Origin: Sphyrna mokarran
Taxonomy: Eukaryota
Assembly: GCA_024679065.1 (NCBI GenBank)
Contig: JAGIQG010000038.1
Coordinates: 8,060,001 to 8,124,000 of the forward strand
Direction: 5' to 3'
DNA: 64,000 bases
Shown here: one piece after another, positions 36,700 to 50,940 of the stretch
Layout: each line of letters starts with the position of its first letter
Position numbering within the stretch: position 1 is the stretch's first letter
Program-made: the position numbers and the translations under genes
Notes under the pieces: generated by a model
The model's input: only the letters and a program-made list of their open reading frames with translations
What the model was told of the DNA's origin: nothing
Databases searched by the model: none

Positions 36700-37918
36700 A
36701 TACCTGGCACAAAGAAAGATGATTGTGGTGGTTGGAGGTCAATCATCTCAGTCCCAGGATATCACTGCAGGAGTTCCTCAGGGTAGTGTCTGAGGTTGCT
36801 TCACCAATGACCTTCCCTGCATTATAAGGTCAGAAGTGGGGATGATTATTGATGGCTGCATAATGTTAGGCACCATTCACAACCCCTCAGATGCTGAGGC
36901 AGTCCAAGTCCAAATGCAGCAAGGCTTGGACAATAACCCAAGGTTGGGCTGACAAGTAACATTCATGCTATGCAAATGCCAGGTAATGACCACCTCCAAC
37001 GAGAGAGAATCATCTCCCATTGACATTCAATAGCATGACCATCACCGAATCCCCAGTTTCAATATCCTGAGGGTTACCATTTATAAAATCCTGAGTGCAG
37101 AAGGAGACCATTCAGCATAAATCAAGTCTGCAATGACTCTCCAACAAAGCATTTTACCCAGACCCATTCCTGCCCCATTTCCTTAACCCCACACACTTAC
37201 CCTACTAATCCCCTAAGCTACACATCTTTGGACTCGAAGGGGCAATTTCACATGGGCAATCCACCTAACCTGCACATCTTTGGATTGTGGGAGGGAACCA
37301 GAGGAAACCCACACAACACAGGGAGAATGTGCAAACTCCTCACAGTCACCCACAGCTGGAACTGACCACTCTATGACCAAAACTGAACTGGAGTAGCCAT
37401 ATAAATACTATTGCTACAAGAGCAGGTCAGAGGCTGGGAATATTACAGTGAAATCGACAAGACAAAACTGTGATGGAATACTCTCCACTTGCCTGGATGG
37501 GTGCAGCTCCAACACCATCCAGGAAAAAACAGCCCGCTTGATAGGCACCCCATCCGCCATGATAAACATTCACTTCTTCGACCATCTACACAGTAGCAGC
37601 ACTGTGCACCATCTACAAGATGCACTACAAGGCCCCTTTGACAACACATTCCAAACCCACAATCATTACCCATTTAAGATGACAAGGGCAGCAGATACAT
37701 GGGCACAGCACCACCTGCAAGCTTCCCTCCAAACCCAACATTCTGACTGGGAATGATAATCACCATTCCTTTACTGTCATTAGGTTAAATACCCGGAATC
37801 CCCTAACAGCACCGTAGGTGTACCTACACCACTGCGACTGCAGCTGTTCCAGGTTCTCACAGCAATTAGAGATGGGCAATAAATCCTCGCCTAGCCAGCA
37901 ATACCCACTCCATGGACA
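36700..37918 (+). mobile_element. Same LINE family as 13790-15615, with an HE1 SINE inserted in reverse at about 37082-37365
   Basis: gcaggagttcctcagggtagtgtc (GVPQGSV); 3' end gcaattagagatgggcaataaatcctcgcctagccagc. Confidence 0.75.
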
Positions 37919-38197
37919 AGCAAAGTCAGCCTGTTGCCCACCATTAAGCTGAATCACCAGCATATTAGGTTTCAACATTATCAAAATGAAGGTTGATATT
38001 TAAAAACACAAATGCTTAGTAATGCAGCATTCATCTGAAAATACTTAAGGCTGCAAATTTAAAGCCAGCTGGAAAGAAATGCAAGGTTCAGCTTCTGAGC
38101 CAAGTACTCTTCTGTTCTGTCCCTTGTGCCTCACTGCAAAATGTATTACTGTCATCGTCAACATTTATTTCTCAGAGCAGCTGGTCCGCTGTAAATA

Positions 38198-38660
38198 GGG
38201 CAGCACAGTGGCATAATGGTTGGCTGTGCTGCCTCAGTGCCAGGGACCTGGATTAATTTCCATCCTTGGGTGACTGTGCCAGTTCCACAAAGACAAAGAC
38301 AAAGACATTCTCCCTGTGTCTGCGCAGGTTTCCCACCTGGTGCTCTGGTTTCCTCCCACACTCCAAAGGTGTGCGTGTTACTTCAAAGTTTATTTATTCA
38401 TGTCCAAAGTAGGCTTGCATTAACACTGCAATGAAGTTACTGTGAAAATCCCCTAGTCACCACAGTCTAGCACCTGTTCAGGGATGGATCAGCCAGACTA
38501 AATTGCCCCAGTGTCCAAAGATGCATAGGTTGGCAAATTAGCAGTCAAATATGTTGGGTTATGGAAATAGGGCCTGGGTACAATGCTCTGCTGGAGAGTC
38601 GGTGCAGACCCAAGGGGCCAAATGATCTCCTTCTGCACTATTTCATAGGGATTCTAAGAA
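38198..38660 (+). mobile_element. HE1/V-SINE with an inverted SINE tail inserted at about 38385-38480
   Basis: gggcagcacagtggcataatggttgg head; insert aaagtttatttatt..taggcttgcattaacactgcaatgaagttactgtgaaaatcccctag. Confidence 0.75.
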
Positions 38661-39217
38661 ATAGAAAGCAATTTGTCAATTTTGGTGGCCCATTAACTGA
38701 ATAGATTACTGGACAATTTCTTGACTGAAGTTCTGGAGACAACCAGAGATCAGAAGTCAGATTGCCCCTTCAGTGAAAGCATTGTGCTCCCCACAAGCCT
38801 GATGTTCATGATTCAGGGAGCATTCCACCATGTAGAAAGACATGTTAAAACGAACTGTAGAGGCACTCCTTCAGTAAGCCTTTTCAGGCAGCCCCTCGGG
38901 ATCGAGGATAACTTGAAGTTGCAAAGTCAATGCAGAGTGGACAGGGAAACCTTTAACCTATCTTTTGTTTGTTCCAAAAACCAATTCAGATTCGAACTGA
39001 ATCCAATTCATGATCCTTACAAGAGAGACAAACAAAATTCAAGTTGACAAAAAAAGGCATTACACCTGATCTGACACGTGATTTTAGCCAAAAGGTTGAG
39101 AAGGAAAAATATAGAACATTTCACAATTGTGCATGTCATCCGTGCACTGGGACTATGCTAATCTTCTCTGCATTGTACCAGTTTTAGTCTGTATGCTGCC
39201 AAAGCAAGCAAAATAAA

Positions 39218-39256
39218 TCCCCCATTGGGGAATTGAACCCTGTGTGACAGGCAGAT
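39218..39256 (-). pseudogene. tRNA-Asp(GUC)-like 3' fragment
   Basis: Reverse tctgcctgtcacacagggttcaattccccaatggggga resembles tRNA-Asp CCGCCTGTCACGCGG..GGTTCGATTCCCCGACGGGGA, with an internal deletion. Confidence 0.45.
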
Positions 39257-39259
39257 GAT

Positions 39260-40290
39260 TTGCTTCCACTCTGGTTCTGAGACGGTTGATAAGTCCAATA
39301 TGCGATCTGCAGACTTTGCCACAAATGGAACAGGTGGTGCTTGCAGGGTTAGGTACATGGGCTGTTTCAAAGTTGTGTGTTCCCTCCTAAAGCTCGACTT
39401 TATCTGTATTCTAGATAAAGTCTCTCAATCTGTTTGGAGCCTTCTCAAATTAACCTTCTCCATTTTGCGGTGTCACAAGCAGGGTCTCCCGTGACTTAGT
39501 CAGAAGTTTGACCTCTACAGGAATACTCTGAGGTCATCCCAAAAGCATTTTCATTGTCATCCTGGGAGTCCACTCCATGATCAAGTTCCAAATAGAGCAG
39601 TTGCTTCCTGAGCAGAACTAGTTTTAAGTGACTAGCGTCTCAATACTGGGCTTGGGCATGGATTCTGCCTTCGGGTCATCTTTCTTACCACCGGATTTGG
39701 AGGATTTTATGGAAGCACCATTGGTGGTACTTCTTCAGTGCTTTGAAGTACTTGTTGCAGATTGTCCAAGTCTCCAATACATATAGGAGCACAAGGATCA
39801 CTGCTCCCCAAGAATGAAGAAATATATGGTATTGGTGTTCCACAATGATCTTGGTTCATTTTGCCAAGTTAGTTGATTTCAGAGACAGTAGTAGGTGAGC
39901 TACAATTGGCATTAGCATACTAAACATAGGGTTCCTGCTCCTGATTGCTATCCAGCAACCTCTTTGAAATTGGTCATTCATGGCTGTTGGGTAAGATGAG
40001 ATGGAGAGAAATTGGTGTTTTGATGCTACTTCTCAGTGTTGGCCTGCCTCTTGAAGTTCAGACATGTTGGAAAAACAATTTGTCATTTCATCCAAAATAC
40101 ACCCCCATTATACATTCCTGGTCAAGGCATTTAGTTAGGAAATCCATGTCCAGCCATGTACTGGATCATTCATCAGGGCAATATCTTGAGCAGAAGCTGC
40201 CTGGTTTAAGTTTTCAAACAATGCTTGACAGTTAACTGTCAGTCACCATCAACTGATGCATTTTCCACAGCAATGTCGCTGGTAGAGTCC
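39260..40290 (-). mobile_element. Degenerate RTE-clade LINE 3' portion
   Basis: C-terminal zinc finger TTCSICGKVCRSHIGLINRLRT (39280-39340, reverse) and remnants of upstream ORF. Confidence 0.6.
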
Positions 40291-41517
40291 ACTTGCCGAC
40301 CAATCAGCACTCTATTCTCACATAACAGAGTCGCTGTTCCCCCTGATATTCGTATTCTTGAAATTCTCCAGATGAGTTTAAGATGGAAAGCTTTAACAAA
40401 ATGCTTTTTTTCAGCAATGCTCAATTATCAAACAACAATTTTCATGACATATATTTGAATTTGGTCTGTGAACTTGGGCTACATTGCCACAGTCCCCATT
40501 AGGCTTTTTTCCCCAACTATACTAGCGAGAAGCTCAAGTATTACAATGTGTTAAAATCTGGTCTTAAATGATCAGTTTCCACAAATAGCTAAACAAGAAC
40601 TGTACTTAGAGGTGGCACTTCCAGAGAAATAACTCAGTCTGGGAAACTGCTCAAGTTTAGTTTCCCAAGTGAATAAAAGTAGATAAGAAAATTTACATAT
40701 TGCTACCAATATTTGACAAAACAAACCACAAGAGGCTCTATCCACTTTCACTTGACCTATTGTGATTAAAGCAAGTTAAATGCTCACTCACCTATCATAA
40801 GATTGACAATTTTTAAGAGTTTCGTAGTGATAGGAATAAAGTATCAACCATTTAATTCCAAGTCAGAAGCGTATTGTTTCTGCTATTAGTTTGAATGCAG
40901 CCGTTGATCACAGCTAGTTTTCCTTCATCCCTGCCTCTTATCAGTGGAGCCATCAGTATACAAAATAGTACAGGGCAGCTGAGAAATATCATTCCTGTCT
41001 ACTTTGTGCCACTTGCCTTCAATTCCTATGGAACTACAAAGGTAAAGTACCAAATGCAACACAGCGTCCTCTCCTCTATTTGTTTAATGGAGATAGTTGC
41101 ATACAGTTACACCACTATTCTCAGACACAGAGGTGATTGGGTAATTCTGTCCAATCTCCTGGAGACCAAGTTTCTGGGCTTGATTTTGCCCACATTTTAA
41201 TGTAATTATCTTCTGCTCACTACATCTTGAAGAAATAATCCTGCTTTCGTTGGGGATGCTGCTGTACTTTTAGTCGGATGTTCTAACTTCTGCTTACTGT
41301 TAGTGCAGCCATAAGGCCCATCCTGCCTTGAAGTTATTGGCTGACACAGTGGTGGAAATGTTCACTTCATTTTGTTTTAAAGACACAACCTGCGCCATGC
41401 AAGATTCCTGTTGTCACTAAAACATAACTTGCCACGGTTGAGTTAATTCTATTAGATACCTTACTTTGAAAAGGGGATTCCTACAACTAGCCCCAACCAT
41501 TACAGATTGGGCCTCTC

Positions 41518-41795
41518 TTGGGTGGCAGAGTGGTACAGTGGTTAGCACTGCTGCCTCACAGCACCAGGGACCCAGATTCAATTCCCAGCTTGGGTCACTG
41601 TCTGCGCGGAGTCTACACATTCTCCCCATGTCTAGGTGGGTTTCCTCTAGGTGCTTCAGTTTCCTACCCCACGTGCATTGGCCATGCTAAATTCTCCCTC
41701 ACTGTTACCCGAAAGATGCGAGTGTATGGCAAGTAGGGGATTTTCACAGTAACTTCAATGCAAGCCTATTTGTGACACTAATCAAATAAAAAAAA
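41518..41795 (+). mobile_element. HE1/V-SINE with alternative (B-type) tail
   Basis: gggtggcagagtggtacagtggttagcactgctgcc head; tail cacagtaacttcaatgcaagcctatttgtgacactaatcaaataaa. Confidence 0.8.
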
Positions 41796-41804
41796 TTAAG
41801 GAAA

Positions 41805-43979
41805 CGTTGTTGATGGGTGAACAACAATGAGGACCTCAATACCATTAGTCATTTTGAGGCTGGTTGCGGTGTCTCCGAAGATGACTGATCAGGCCAATTT
41901 GGGCAGGGAATGTCCTGGCACATATTGGACAGACTTGTGTATACACTGTAGTTGTTGCACTGGTGGCTCTGGACTTGAGCAGCTCACGCTTAAGTTGTGC
42001 TTCAGCAATACACCTTACTTCGTGAGCTTGACAGCCTTTGTGGACGAGGCAGTGCCAAGTAGGGCGATTTTGTACCAGCGTTTCTTGGGTGGTCGTGTCT
42101 ATGTCAAACAACTTCAGGGAGGCTTTGAGTGTGTCTTTGAAACGTTTCTTCTGCCCTCCACGCGAGCGTCTTCCAGCAGAGAGCTCCCCAAAAAGAAGCT
42201 GTTTGGGTATACGCTGACTGACATACAGATGACATGACCTGCCCACCGGGTCTGCGCTGTCATCAACAGTGTGTGGACTGATGGTAGACTTGCTCTAGAG
42301 AGAACTTCAGTGTTGGTACTTTGTATGGCCATCGGATGCGTAATACTCTGCAAAGACAAGTCACGTGGAAATGATTGAGCTGTCTTGCATGCCTTCGATA
42401 CATAGTTCATGTTTCGCAGGCATACAGGAGGGTAGTGAGTACCATGGTGCTGTAGGCCTTCAGTTTTGTTGCTGGGCTAATTCCTCAACGTTTCCATTCT
42501 CTGTAATGAGACTGGTAACCATCTGTACTCAGGAGGGGGGGAGCTCCCTAGAGATTGAGGTCCATAGAGTGTTGAGGGCTTCATAGAACCGTTTCAAGTC
42601 ATTTCTGTCAGCATATCCCTGTATTTCATCTGCCTTGGCTCTCAGCCAGGCATCCTGCATTTTACGCAGTTTATTCTGGACTGTCCTGTGACCACTGGTA
42701 AAAGCATTTTTCTTGGCAGCTGATGATGGGTCATTCTGACAGGCCCAATGAAGACAGTGCTTTTCAACAAGTAGAGCCTGTTTCGCCTCATCGTACCAAT
42801 CATGCTGCTTGCGAATGGAGGGCCAAAGTGTCTTCAGTGCAGATGAATGGATAGCATCCCTGAAGCATTCCCAGTCATCCTCAGCACTGCCTATGAGCGT
42901 AGGTCAGCAAGTTTGATTTTTAAGTCTTCAACCAGCGCTGAAGGTATGCTGGGGTTCTTTAGCTTGGCCACATTGATTCTTTTCATAACCTTGCTTCCTC
43001 GTGGTTACCTCTTGGGTCTGATGCAGAGCCTTCATTTGAGACAATGAGTCTGTGATCTGTCAGCACCACACATGGCCTTGGTCACTCTGACATCTTTCTT
43101 GTCTTTTCTCTTGATACCGACATAGTTGATAAGATGCCAATGCTTAGAGCAGGGGTGCATCCAGGAAGTCTTGTTACAGGTAGGCAAACGGAAGGTTGTG
43201 TTGGTGATGAGGTGGTGGTGTGCTGCACAGGCCTTTAGTAAGAGTATGTTGTTACTGTTATACTTGCCCACTCCTGCCAGATTGCAGAGTAACACCCTAT
43301 TCTTGCATTGAAATCACCAAGCAAGATCAGCTTGTTGGTACTGCTCACTGCTGATAGTACGGCGTCTAGTTCTTCGTAGAACTTGTCTTTCATCTCTTCC
43401 GGGTCGTTCATTGTGGGGGCATAGGCACTGATTAGGGTGGCTTGACTTCTGTTCTATAGTGGAAGCTGTAATGTCATAATGTTCACACTCTTGGGTAGAC
43501 TATCAAGTTTCTGAACAAAATGACTCCTGACAGCAAATCCAACTCAAGCACTACAATGTTCATCGCTGCCATGACCACTCCAGAAAAAAGTGTAAACCTC
43601 CAGTTTCAGTCAACTGACCTATGTTGGCAAGATGAGTTTCACTCAGGGCTGCAATATCAATGTTGTATCTTGCAAGCTCTCTGGCAACTATGGCTGTTCT
43701 TCTCTCTGGTCTGTCTGCTGTAGGGTTGTCCAAAGGCGTGTGCATGTTCCAAGTGCCAACGGTGACTGGTGTCACCTTGTGTTTTATTTTGTGTGTTCGA
43801 CTGCAAGATGGGATCCCCGTCAGCTGCGGTAAACTGGCCAGGGTATAGTGAAATAGGCAATGTTTAGGGCACCTTTTCTAGCCCTTTCCTCATTCTACAA
43901 GGTGAGCAATGCGTTCCTGAAGTAGCCGCCGAGTTCCACTGCTGCTTCATTCAGCCGAAAACTGTTTTTTCCCTTAAAT
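41805..43979 (-). mobile_element. RTE-clade LINE with 5' end, APE endonuclease and C-terminal zinc finger but no RT core
   Basis: TVGTWNMHT..RPERRTAIVARELARYNIDIAALSETHL; SWMHPCSKHWHLI; then TKLKAY..LTTLLYACE, GGQKKRFKDTLKASLK, CPICARTF..IGLISHLRRH; candidate TSD aattaaggaaa at 41794-41804 and 43980-43990. Confidence 0.85.
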
Positions 43980-46074
43980 AATTAAGGAAATGTGTTCAGA
44001 TCATAAATCACAGCAAAACAAATGTTTAAAAAAATCCAAAAGCATTTATGTTAAAATTCTGTGGTGACAGATGCCATCACCAAAAAAATAGGAACAGTAG
44101 ATGGCTAATTGTTTATTAAGTATCCAGTATTCCCCAAGACCCTGAAGAGAACAATCAGGTACAGAATGTGCAATTGACTGAGGAAGGGAATTCCGCACTG
44201 ATGGCTCCGTTTTGGCACCACATTAGCCAAACTACAATGCGTAAAGAATTGCTTGGGTTCCCTTTAACACAACACTGCTCTACACAAGTATCTCCTTTAT
44301 TCAGGAGAGTATCTTACCATCATTATATTACAAATCAAGACAGAGTAAGGGTGGGCAGCTGTCATTTCTCTTCACATCAAAGAGGGGCCTGCTTTCAAAG
44401 AGGGTGTGCTGAAGAGAATCATTGCCTACTGTAATCACAGAAGCAAAACTGTTAAACCTGACAAAATAGGCATTTATTTCTCATTAGCACTTAACCATTC
44501 TACTCACGTGTCCATTTTTAATGATGGTCTCAAACTGGGAAAACTAACAATGGAATAGAGACTGGATTACAATTACAATACTGTTTCTTTAAATAACGTG
44601 TAAAATCACAGAGTACAAGTATTACCACCTGACGAGACCGTTTACACACCTAAACAAAGCACTTCTCACGGTAATTGCACAAAGTGCTCAAACGCCAGCA
44701 CCTGTTGAGCTAGAAAAGACTCAAATATCACTGAATTGGATCTGAGGCAACTTTTGCATTTCAATAAAAATGCTTGTAAAAAAAGCTATACATTGATTGT
44801 CATAAAGGGCTCAACACGTGGGCTTTACTGAGGCAATACTATTTGAATAAATGCAGATTTTCAATTAATATTTTATTTGTTTAATAGGGGCAAGAATCAT
44901 CAGAAGACAGAAAAGGGAATGTGAATCAGGATGTTATTTTTTTTAATCAGCTACTCCCTAAATGTGCCTGACTACAATATTGACAGCACCTAACTGTGGA
45001 TTCACCCTTTTTTCTTGCTTCTAGCCAATATGGGCAAGATCAGGCCAGAGGTATTACTGAGCTTGAGAATGTTGCTGAATTCATGACTATAACTTAATGG
45101 GTGCTTATTCAATTCCCTCATGACGAGGTTCAGCAATGCCTGCTGTTATCAATGAAGGCCTCAGTGGTTCCTATCAAAAATCAAACGCACTTTGAGGGAA
45201 AAAGTCAAGGGTTCTGAGCTCAAACAGATCAGGAACTATTACATAGCCATCATACTGAATACATCCTACAATACAAATGTATGGGCTACACTCAATGGGC
45301 AAGGGCTACATAAAAGAACAAGACCTTTATTTGTGACATAAATATTCTCCAACAGAAAATAAAAATCACTTAAGCCTCATTGTCCATCTTTACCCTGCAT
45401 CAAGTAGACTTACACCTACTTCAACACCAGAAAATACCTTGCTTTTTGGATAATGTCCTCATCTGGGGTTGCTTTTAGAATCGAGTCAATGGAAATAGAA
45501 CAGATGGGCCCAATGTGGAGCGAGCCCAGAACAGATAAAAACTTAAGAAATAGGAGCAGGAGAAGAGCATATGATCAGCTCCTTTCTTTTGTTATTTCTG
45601 GCAAAGTTAACTGATTAAGGATGCATAAAGAGCTTAAGATTATCCATTGTTCCATGAGAAAACTTGAGCTTCAAATGTTTGATCCAATTCAGTAGTGAAT
45701 CTCTTTACACAAATGGCGTTGCGCTGGTTTGTCCTTCCTGCTAAGAATCAATGTGGGCCATATGATCTCCTGGACTGGTTTCAGTCAACCTGAAGTGGAT
45801 TGGCGAGACATTTTACAGTGTATTTTCCTTCCATTATTGGCCTGGGATCTTCTTGCCTGTATCAGAAGATTACATATCTGGCTTGATGATGCAACAGGAG
45901 GATATGTGATTTTGCTTTGACTTTTTAAAGATGCTAGGGCAGAAGGGAGTGCAATATTAGTGCCCAAGACGGCATCATTTTGTTTAGGTGGAGGGCAAAA
46001 AGTGTTAAAAAGTATTCTTTAGTATCTTCCCAGTTGTGTTTCTGAGTAAATAAAAAAAAACATATGCAGATGTT

Positions 46075-46250
46075 TGAATGGACCTACCTTGCATTAAGTT
46101 AATCTTTCTCTACACCCTAGCTATGACTGTAACACTACATTCTGCACACTCATTTCCTTTTCTATGAATGGTATGCTTTGTTTGTATAGCGCACAAGAAG
46201 CAATACCTTTCACTGTATTCCAATACATATAACAATAATAAATCAAATAA
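46075..46250 (+). mobile_element. LINE 3' end, same family as 8228-8455
   Basis: ttgaatggacct..ctttctctacaccctagctatgactgtaacactacattctgcac...aacaataataaatcaaat. Confidence 0.65.
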
Positions 46251-49200
46251 TCTGATTTTTCAGTGCTCCAAACTCTTGGCCCAATTAATAATTTATTAAG
46301 TTATCATGCAACATCCCTTAACCACAGAGCCAGTGAGACAATCAGCTCTGCCAGTCATCATCTGCTATAGTGGCTGAATTTGGAATTTAAAGAGCACAAT
46401 CATTTTCACAAGTGATGCTGGAAAGAAAATCAGAGAGCTTTGGGGACTTGAATACAACACCCCACACATTAAAAAATTCTGACCCCTTAATCTTGTACTT
46501 TGTTCAAAGAGTCTGTACAAGTAGGTGGTTTAAATTGGCACACATTGGCTTTATTCAGTAATCGTCTTAACTTAGTGGGTCAAGGGTCATGAATAATTTT
46601 CAAATGTGTCCTGGACGGTTGCTCCTCAAACCAGTTGTGTGAAATGCTGACTTTTGTCGTGGATAAGGATTGGTTCTCTTTTGTAAATTAATAGAATTTG
46701 AAGTTACTTAAATGACCAAAAGCTTGCGTGGGGTAAGGAACAGAAAGAAGAGTCCCTGGCACAGCGCAAGAATTTAAACAGTTACTTGCTTGTGCTTATT
46801 GAAGCTTATACATCTTGCAACACAATCTGTGGACTTTAGCAAATGGATGCAACCATTCATGACAATCAGCAGGCTGAACAGCCAGTTAATGCCTTGCATG
46901 CAAAGTAAACCATGTCATTGAAGTAAGAGCACAGCAAGGGCCTTTTCTCATCTGCCAAAAATGGGTAAAAGGAAACCTGTACATTTCATTTCCTGTATGG
47001 ATTGTGTGCTCTAGGTGACAAACTAAAGGCTTAGCAAATGGGGAAAGATTACTAAGATCTTTCAGCCATAATACACCAAGGGGCTGGAAAATTTGTTAAC
47101 CCCCGGGCCACAAAGGCAGACACAGAAAGTATATTGTAAATATTACTTTTGTACAGAAATACCTCAAAGTGGAACATGCTGTATGGAGACAAGTTGAATT
47201 TTATTGCACTCTCTGTAAAGTGAAATGTTTTGTAATGAACTCTTACACATTTGATGAATAAAGTATATTTTGGAAAAAAAGCAAACTAGAAGTTTTGTAT
47301 GTTAAACCAAGTAACAGCAACAAGAACAGTTATTTTCCTTGCCCTTCCCATGACATTCAATAGATAAATAGGTGTTGAAGTAGACAAAGTTGGTGGGAAT
47401 GCATTAATCCCATAAATCAGGTAGGTGGCAAGTTGCAAAACTGGCTCATTTGCAGTCTTTGTTCAATGGCTGAATACAGACTTTGTCTCTGCATTCAAAC
47501 CAATATATACAGTATCATTTGTCTTGGTTAGCAATGTGTATGGTATTATGCCACATTTATTATTTCGGTACAAGGTGGTTGAGCTGCTTTTTCCCATTGC
47601 CGTTTGAGCTCAGTATTAAGGAGGTTTGGAGAGCACAAATGGTATTAATGGATCTCTAATTCTTGCCTGTGGGAATGTGTCAGGACACAGCTCTACATCT
47701 CCATACTGGCAACATAGCTCAAGAAAATTGCCAAACAAGTATCTGTCAGTACATGCCCACATTCTACTTCTGTCAAAGCAGCCAAAAGTGCCAACATATT
47801 ACTTGTCTCACCTGAATAACATCACATTCCTGGTGCAAATGCCTGAAGATATTGGTATCTCCACTGCATTCACCAGCAGTTGAACAGGACAACTTTGAGA
47901 ATTAGATTTCTCCTAACTGCCAATTTTACCAAATAAATACAACTTTCCCCATCATGTACATAGACATGATATCTCTCCACTTCTCTCCCCTCCTTTTACC
48001 TCCAACCAAGCTTCTGATCACGTTTTTATATCATCTTTGAATGCTACATGCCAAATCTTGCTTGATAATGGTCTTGTGAAGCAATTTAGGTCATTTTACA
48101 ACATTAAAAGTGCTATACAAATGCAAATTGTTCTACAGGCTTTTCATCTGAAGGAATGGGCCCGGAGGAGCTCAATCATTTCAGCAATAGATAATAACTT
48201 GAAGCTCAACCAACTTGTGCATCTTTCACTCCCATTACCCACTATTAGGGGATAAGCCTTCAGTCATCTAAGCTCTGATATGCCCCGTCTCTCTCCTTAT
48301 AACCTAGCACTGACCAAGTTTTTAGTGACCTCTCCTAATATATCCATTTGGTTCAGTATAGATATTTTATTTTTATTATGCCTGAGAGAGCTGCTTTGGA
48401 ATGTTTCCCCACATTAAAGGCAACCTATGAAAGCACACTTATAGCTCACTCTCCTTCTGGTTCCATTAACACAACCTGTAACAAGTCTACTGAACATAAT
48501 TTTACTTGTACTGATGTTTTATGCCCATTACATGTGGAGGTTTAAGAAGTACAGTCTAAGGAATCTTTGTATTGGAGCACATTGACACGCTGTTGTTTTT
48601 CCAGAGTTTTAGAAGGACTAAAATCTACAGGTGAGATAGGGGAATTTCATAGTAACATCATTGCAGTGTTAACGTAAACCTTACTTGTGACTAATAAATA
48701 AACTTTAACCTTATCAATCTCATCCAGCCAAGTCGGAAACCTGTTGCCTCATCTCTGCCAAATCCAATTTGCAATAGTAAAGCAAGATGCCTATGAGCAG
48801 CATTTCTTTTGGGATATGGGCAACACTGGAAAGGTTGGCATTTATTGCCACTATTTAATCCAGAAGCTTGTGGGCTTTGTTGAACTGCTGCAGTCTTTGT
48901 GCCAATGGTGCTCCCACAGGGGGCAGAGAATCTTCCCCTTTTATTTACTTGGTTTTTGGTCAGGAAGATGGGAAGTCTTCTGGGTTCCCAAGCAATCCCA
49001 CTACAAGTTAGTAAAATGTTATTAATGGCCAGAAAGAATTGACATGCAAGGTGACTGGTTTTCATTTTTCTCCAGAAAACAAAATCATACAACACAATCC
49101 CCACAAGAAAGATCAGAAAAACCCCAGAGCTTCATGTATCAACAGAATTTGATTTATTTATAAACCAGTGACCATTTACAAGGACAGAAACACTTTTGTG

Positions 49201-50531
49201 GACATGAAAAAAATAGAAGGAATTGAAGAACATGATCCCTTGAAAAAGGTGGCAACAGTTCTGCAATCCCAAGCAATGGTTAAAGCATATGAAGCAGCCA
49301 TTCAGCTTCTTAAGTCCATACTGAATCTTTCCAAGAGCAATTCAAGTACTCGCATTCCCTTCCCCTGCACTATTTCCCCTTCAGGTGCATACCCAATTTC
49401 TTTTGGACACTTTTTTCTCAATTTTACATCATAAACCATTGAACCCAATCATATGCTTTGAAACCAGGAGACCCAGAAATCCGTGCATATCAACGTCTCA
49501 AAATGGGGCCCTTTTCTGAACAGTCCTTCACTTTGGCGATTAAGAAATACAGTGTTATAAAATGAATCTGTGATTAATAATGTGTCCATTTTGCAGCGGT
49601 ATTACAACTGTACATTACCCTGGGGCAGGAATCTATTTAAAACCAAGCTTTATTAGGATAGCCTGCACAAAATCTCAAATAAACTGTTTTTTCTCATCTG
49701 GTTCAGAGACAACTTAGTTTTTTTTTATAAAACCAACTTTTTTTAACCAACAGCCTTGCTGGATTATGCACTGCCATACAAGACTGAACGTAAATCATAA
49801 AATAAAACCCTGAGACTTTCAAAGCATATCCCGCACTCCCTATAACATTTTTACTATAATTAAAATACATAACATATCCATTGCCAGAGTAGCTGAACTC
49901 TTCATTCACATAAGTGCCATATCACAATGTCAGTGTCTTAGGAAAATTGGGAATAAGACTCCTTGATGTTTACATACTATCAGATGATTTGATGGTAAAT
50001 TTATATTAGAGAATAGAATTGTTGTGGATTTCAATAGAGATAGAACAAAAAGGGTCCCCTAATGTATGGAGAAATATATAAAGGTGCGGGAGATAAGAGA
50101 GAGTTCAGCAAGCATTAACATTGGATGCAAGTTATTCGCTGAATGTTTTGCTGTGCCGTTATGGAACGTTACAGGAAAAAAAATCCCCTCACTACATTAC
50201 AGTTGACCCACTTCATCGTAACTGTGGGCAAACTAGGTTCAGGCATTTGATTTGCACAACTAGTGGGTAAAGGGCAACACCACTTCAGTGGGGTAAATGG
50301 AGAGCAATGGGAAGGAGGTGGTATTTAACCTAACATGATTCATCAACTGCTCACTGCTTCTGACGAAAATTCACCGGCGACGATCCCGGAAACCACATCA
50401 TAAACGGTGTCAAGGTTTGTTTATAGCCCAGCCGAATCATTAAGCAGAAAATAGCATTCTGCCAGCCTTGCTAATGACGGACCAATGATCATGCACAGAC
50501 AAGAGAGAGAGAAAAAAATGCATTCCCCTAC

Positions 50532-50940
50532 CTGAAATGTAGATTATAATCGACAGTTTCCCTCCTATTTAAGTGCTTTACAGGGATTTAAATGGCGCTT
50601 GGCTGGGCGAGTCCCTTTTTTTCCCTCCACAACAGCTTTTCATACAATATAACATTGAACGTTTCCCCCCCCACCCCACAACCCCGAAACAGATTCCTGT
50701 TAAAGTGTTTTTTTTGATGCCGGTGGAGGTGTCTGGGTTTGTTGCAATCAGAGGGAGGGTTGGTAGGCGATGGTTTGGATTGTCGGGTGATGGTGGTGGG
50801 GGTAAGGGGGAGCGCAAGACAAGAGAGGATAGGGAAGGGAGGGTGTTGGAATGAAGGTAACTAAAGTTGGTGGGATTGGTGAAAATGACTTGTCGCAGCC
50901 CGGACTCCAAACAGCTACAATGTACCGAGCTATCTAACAA
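50532..50940 (-). other. CSRNP2: Putative non-coding first exon of CSRNP2
   Basis: Starts about 30 nt downstream of a minus-strand TATAAATA and ends at donor CAG|gtaggg (50531); TSS inferred; contains uORF 50655-50578. Confidence 0.6.

Noticed and set aside
6425-41795. A/B-box tRNA-like heads as functional tRNA genes
   Set aside because: They are SINE heads; no complete cloverleaf is present
50360-50400. ctgacga...ccgg...ccggaaac as a hammerhead near the promoter
   Set aside because: Seven unpaired bases separate CUGACGA from the stem, and no helix I or III partner is evident
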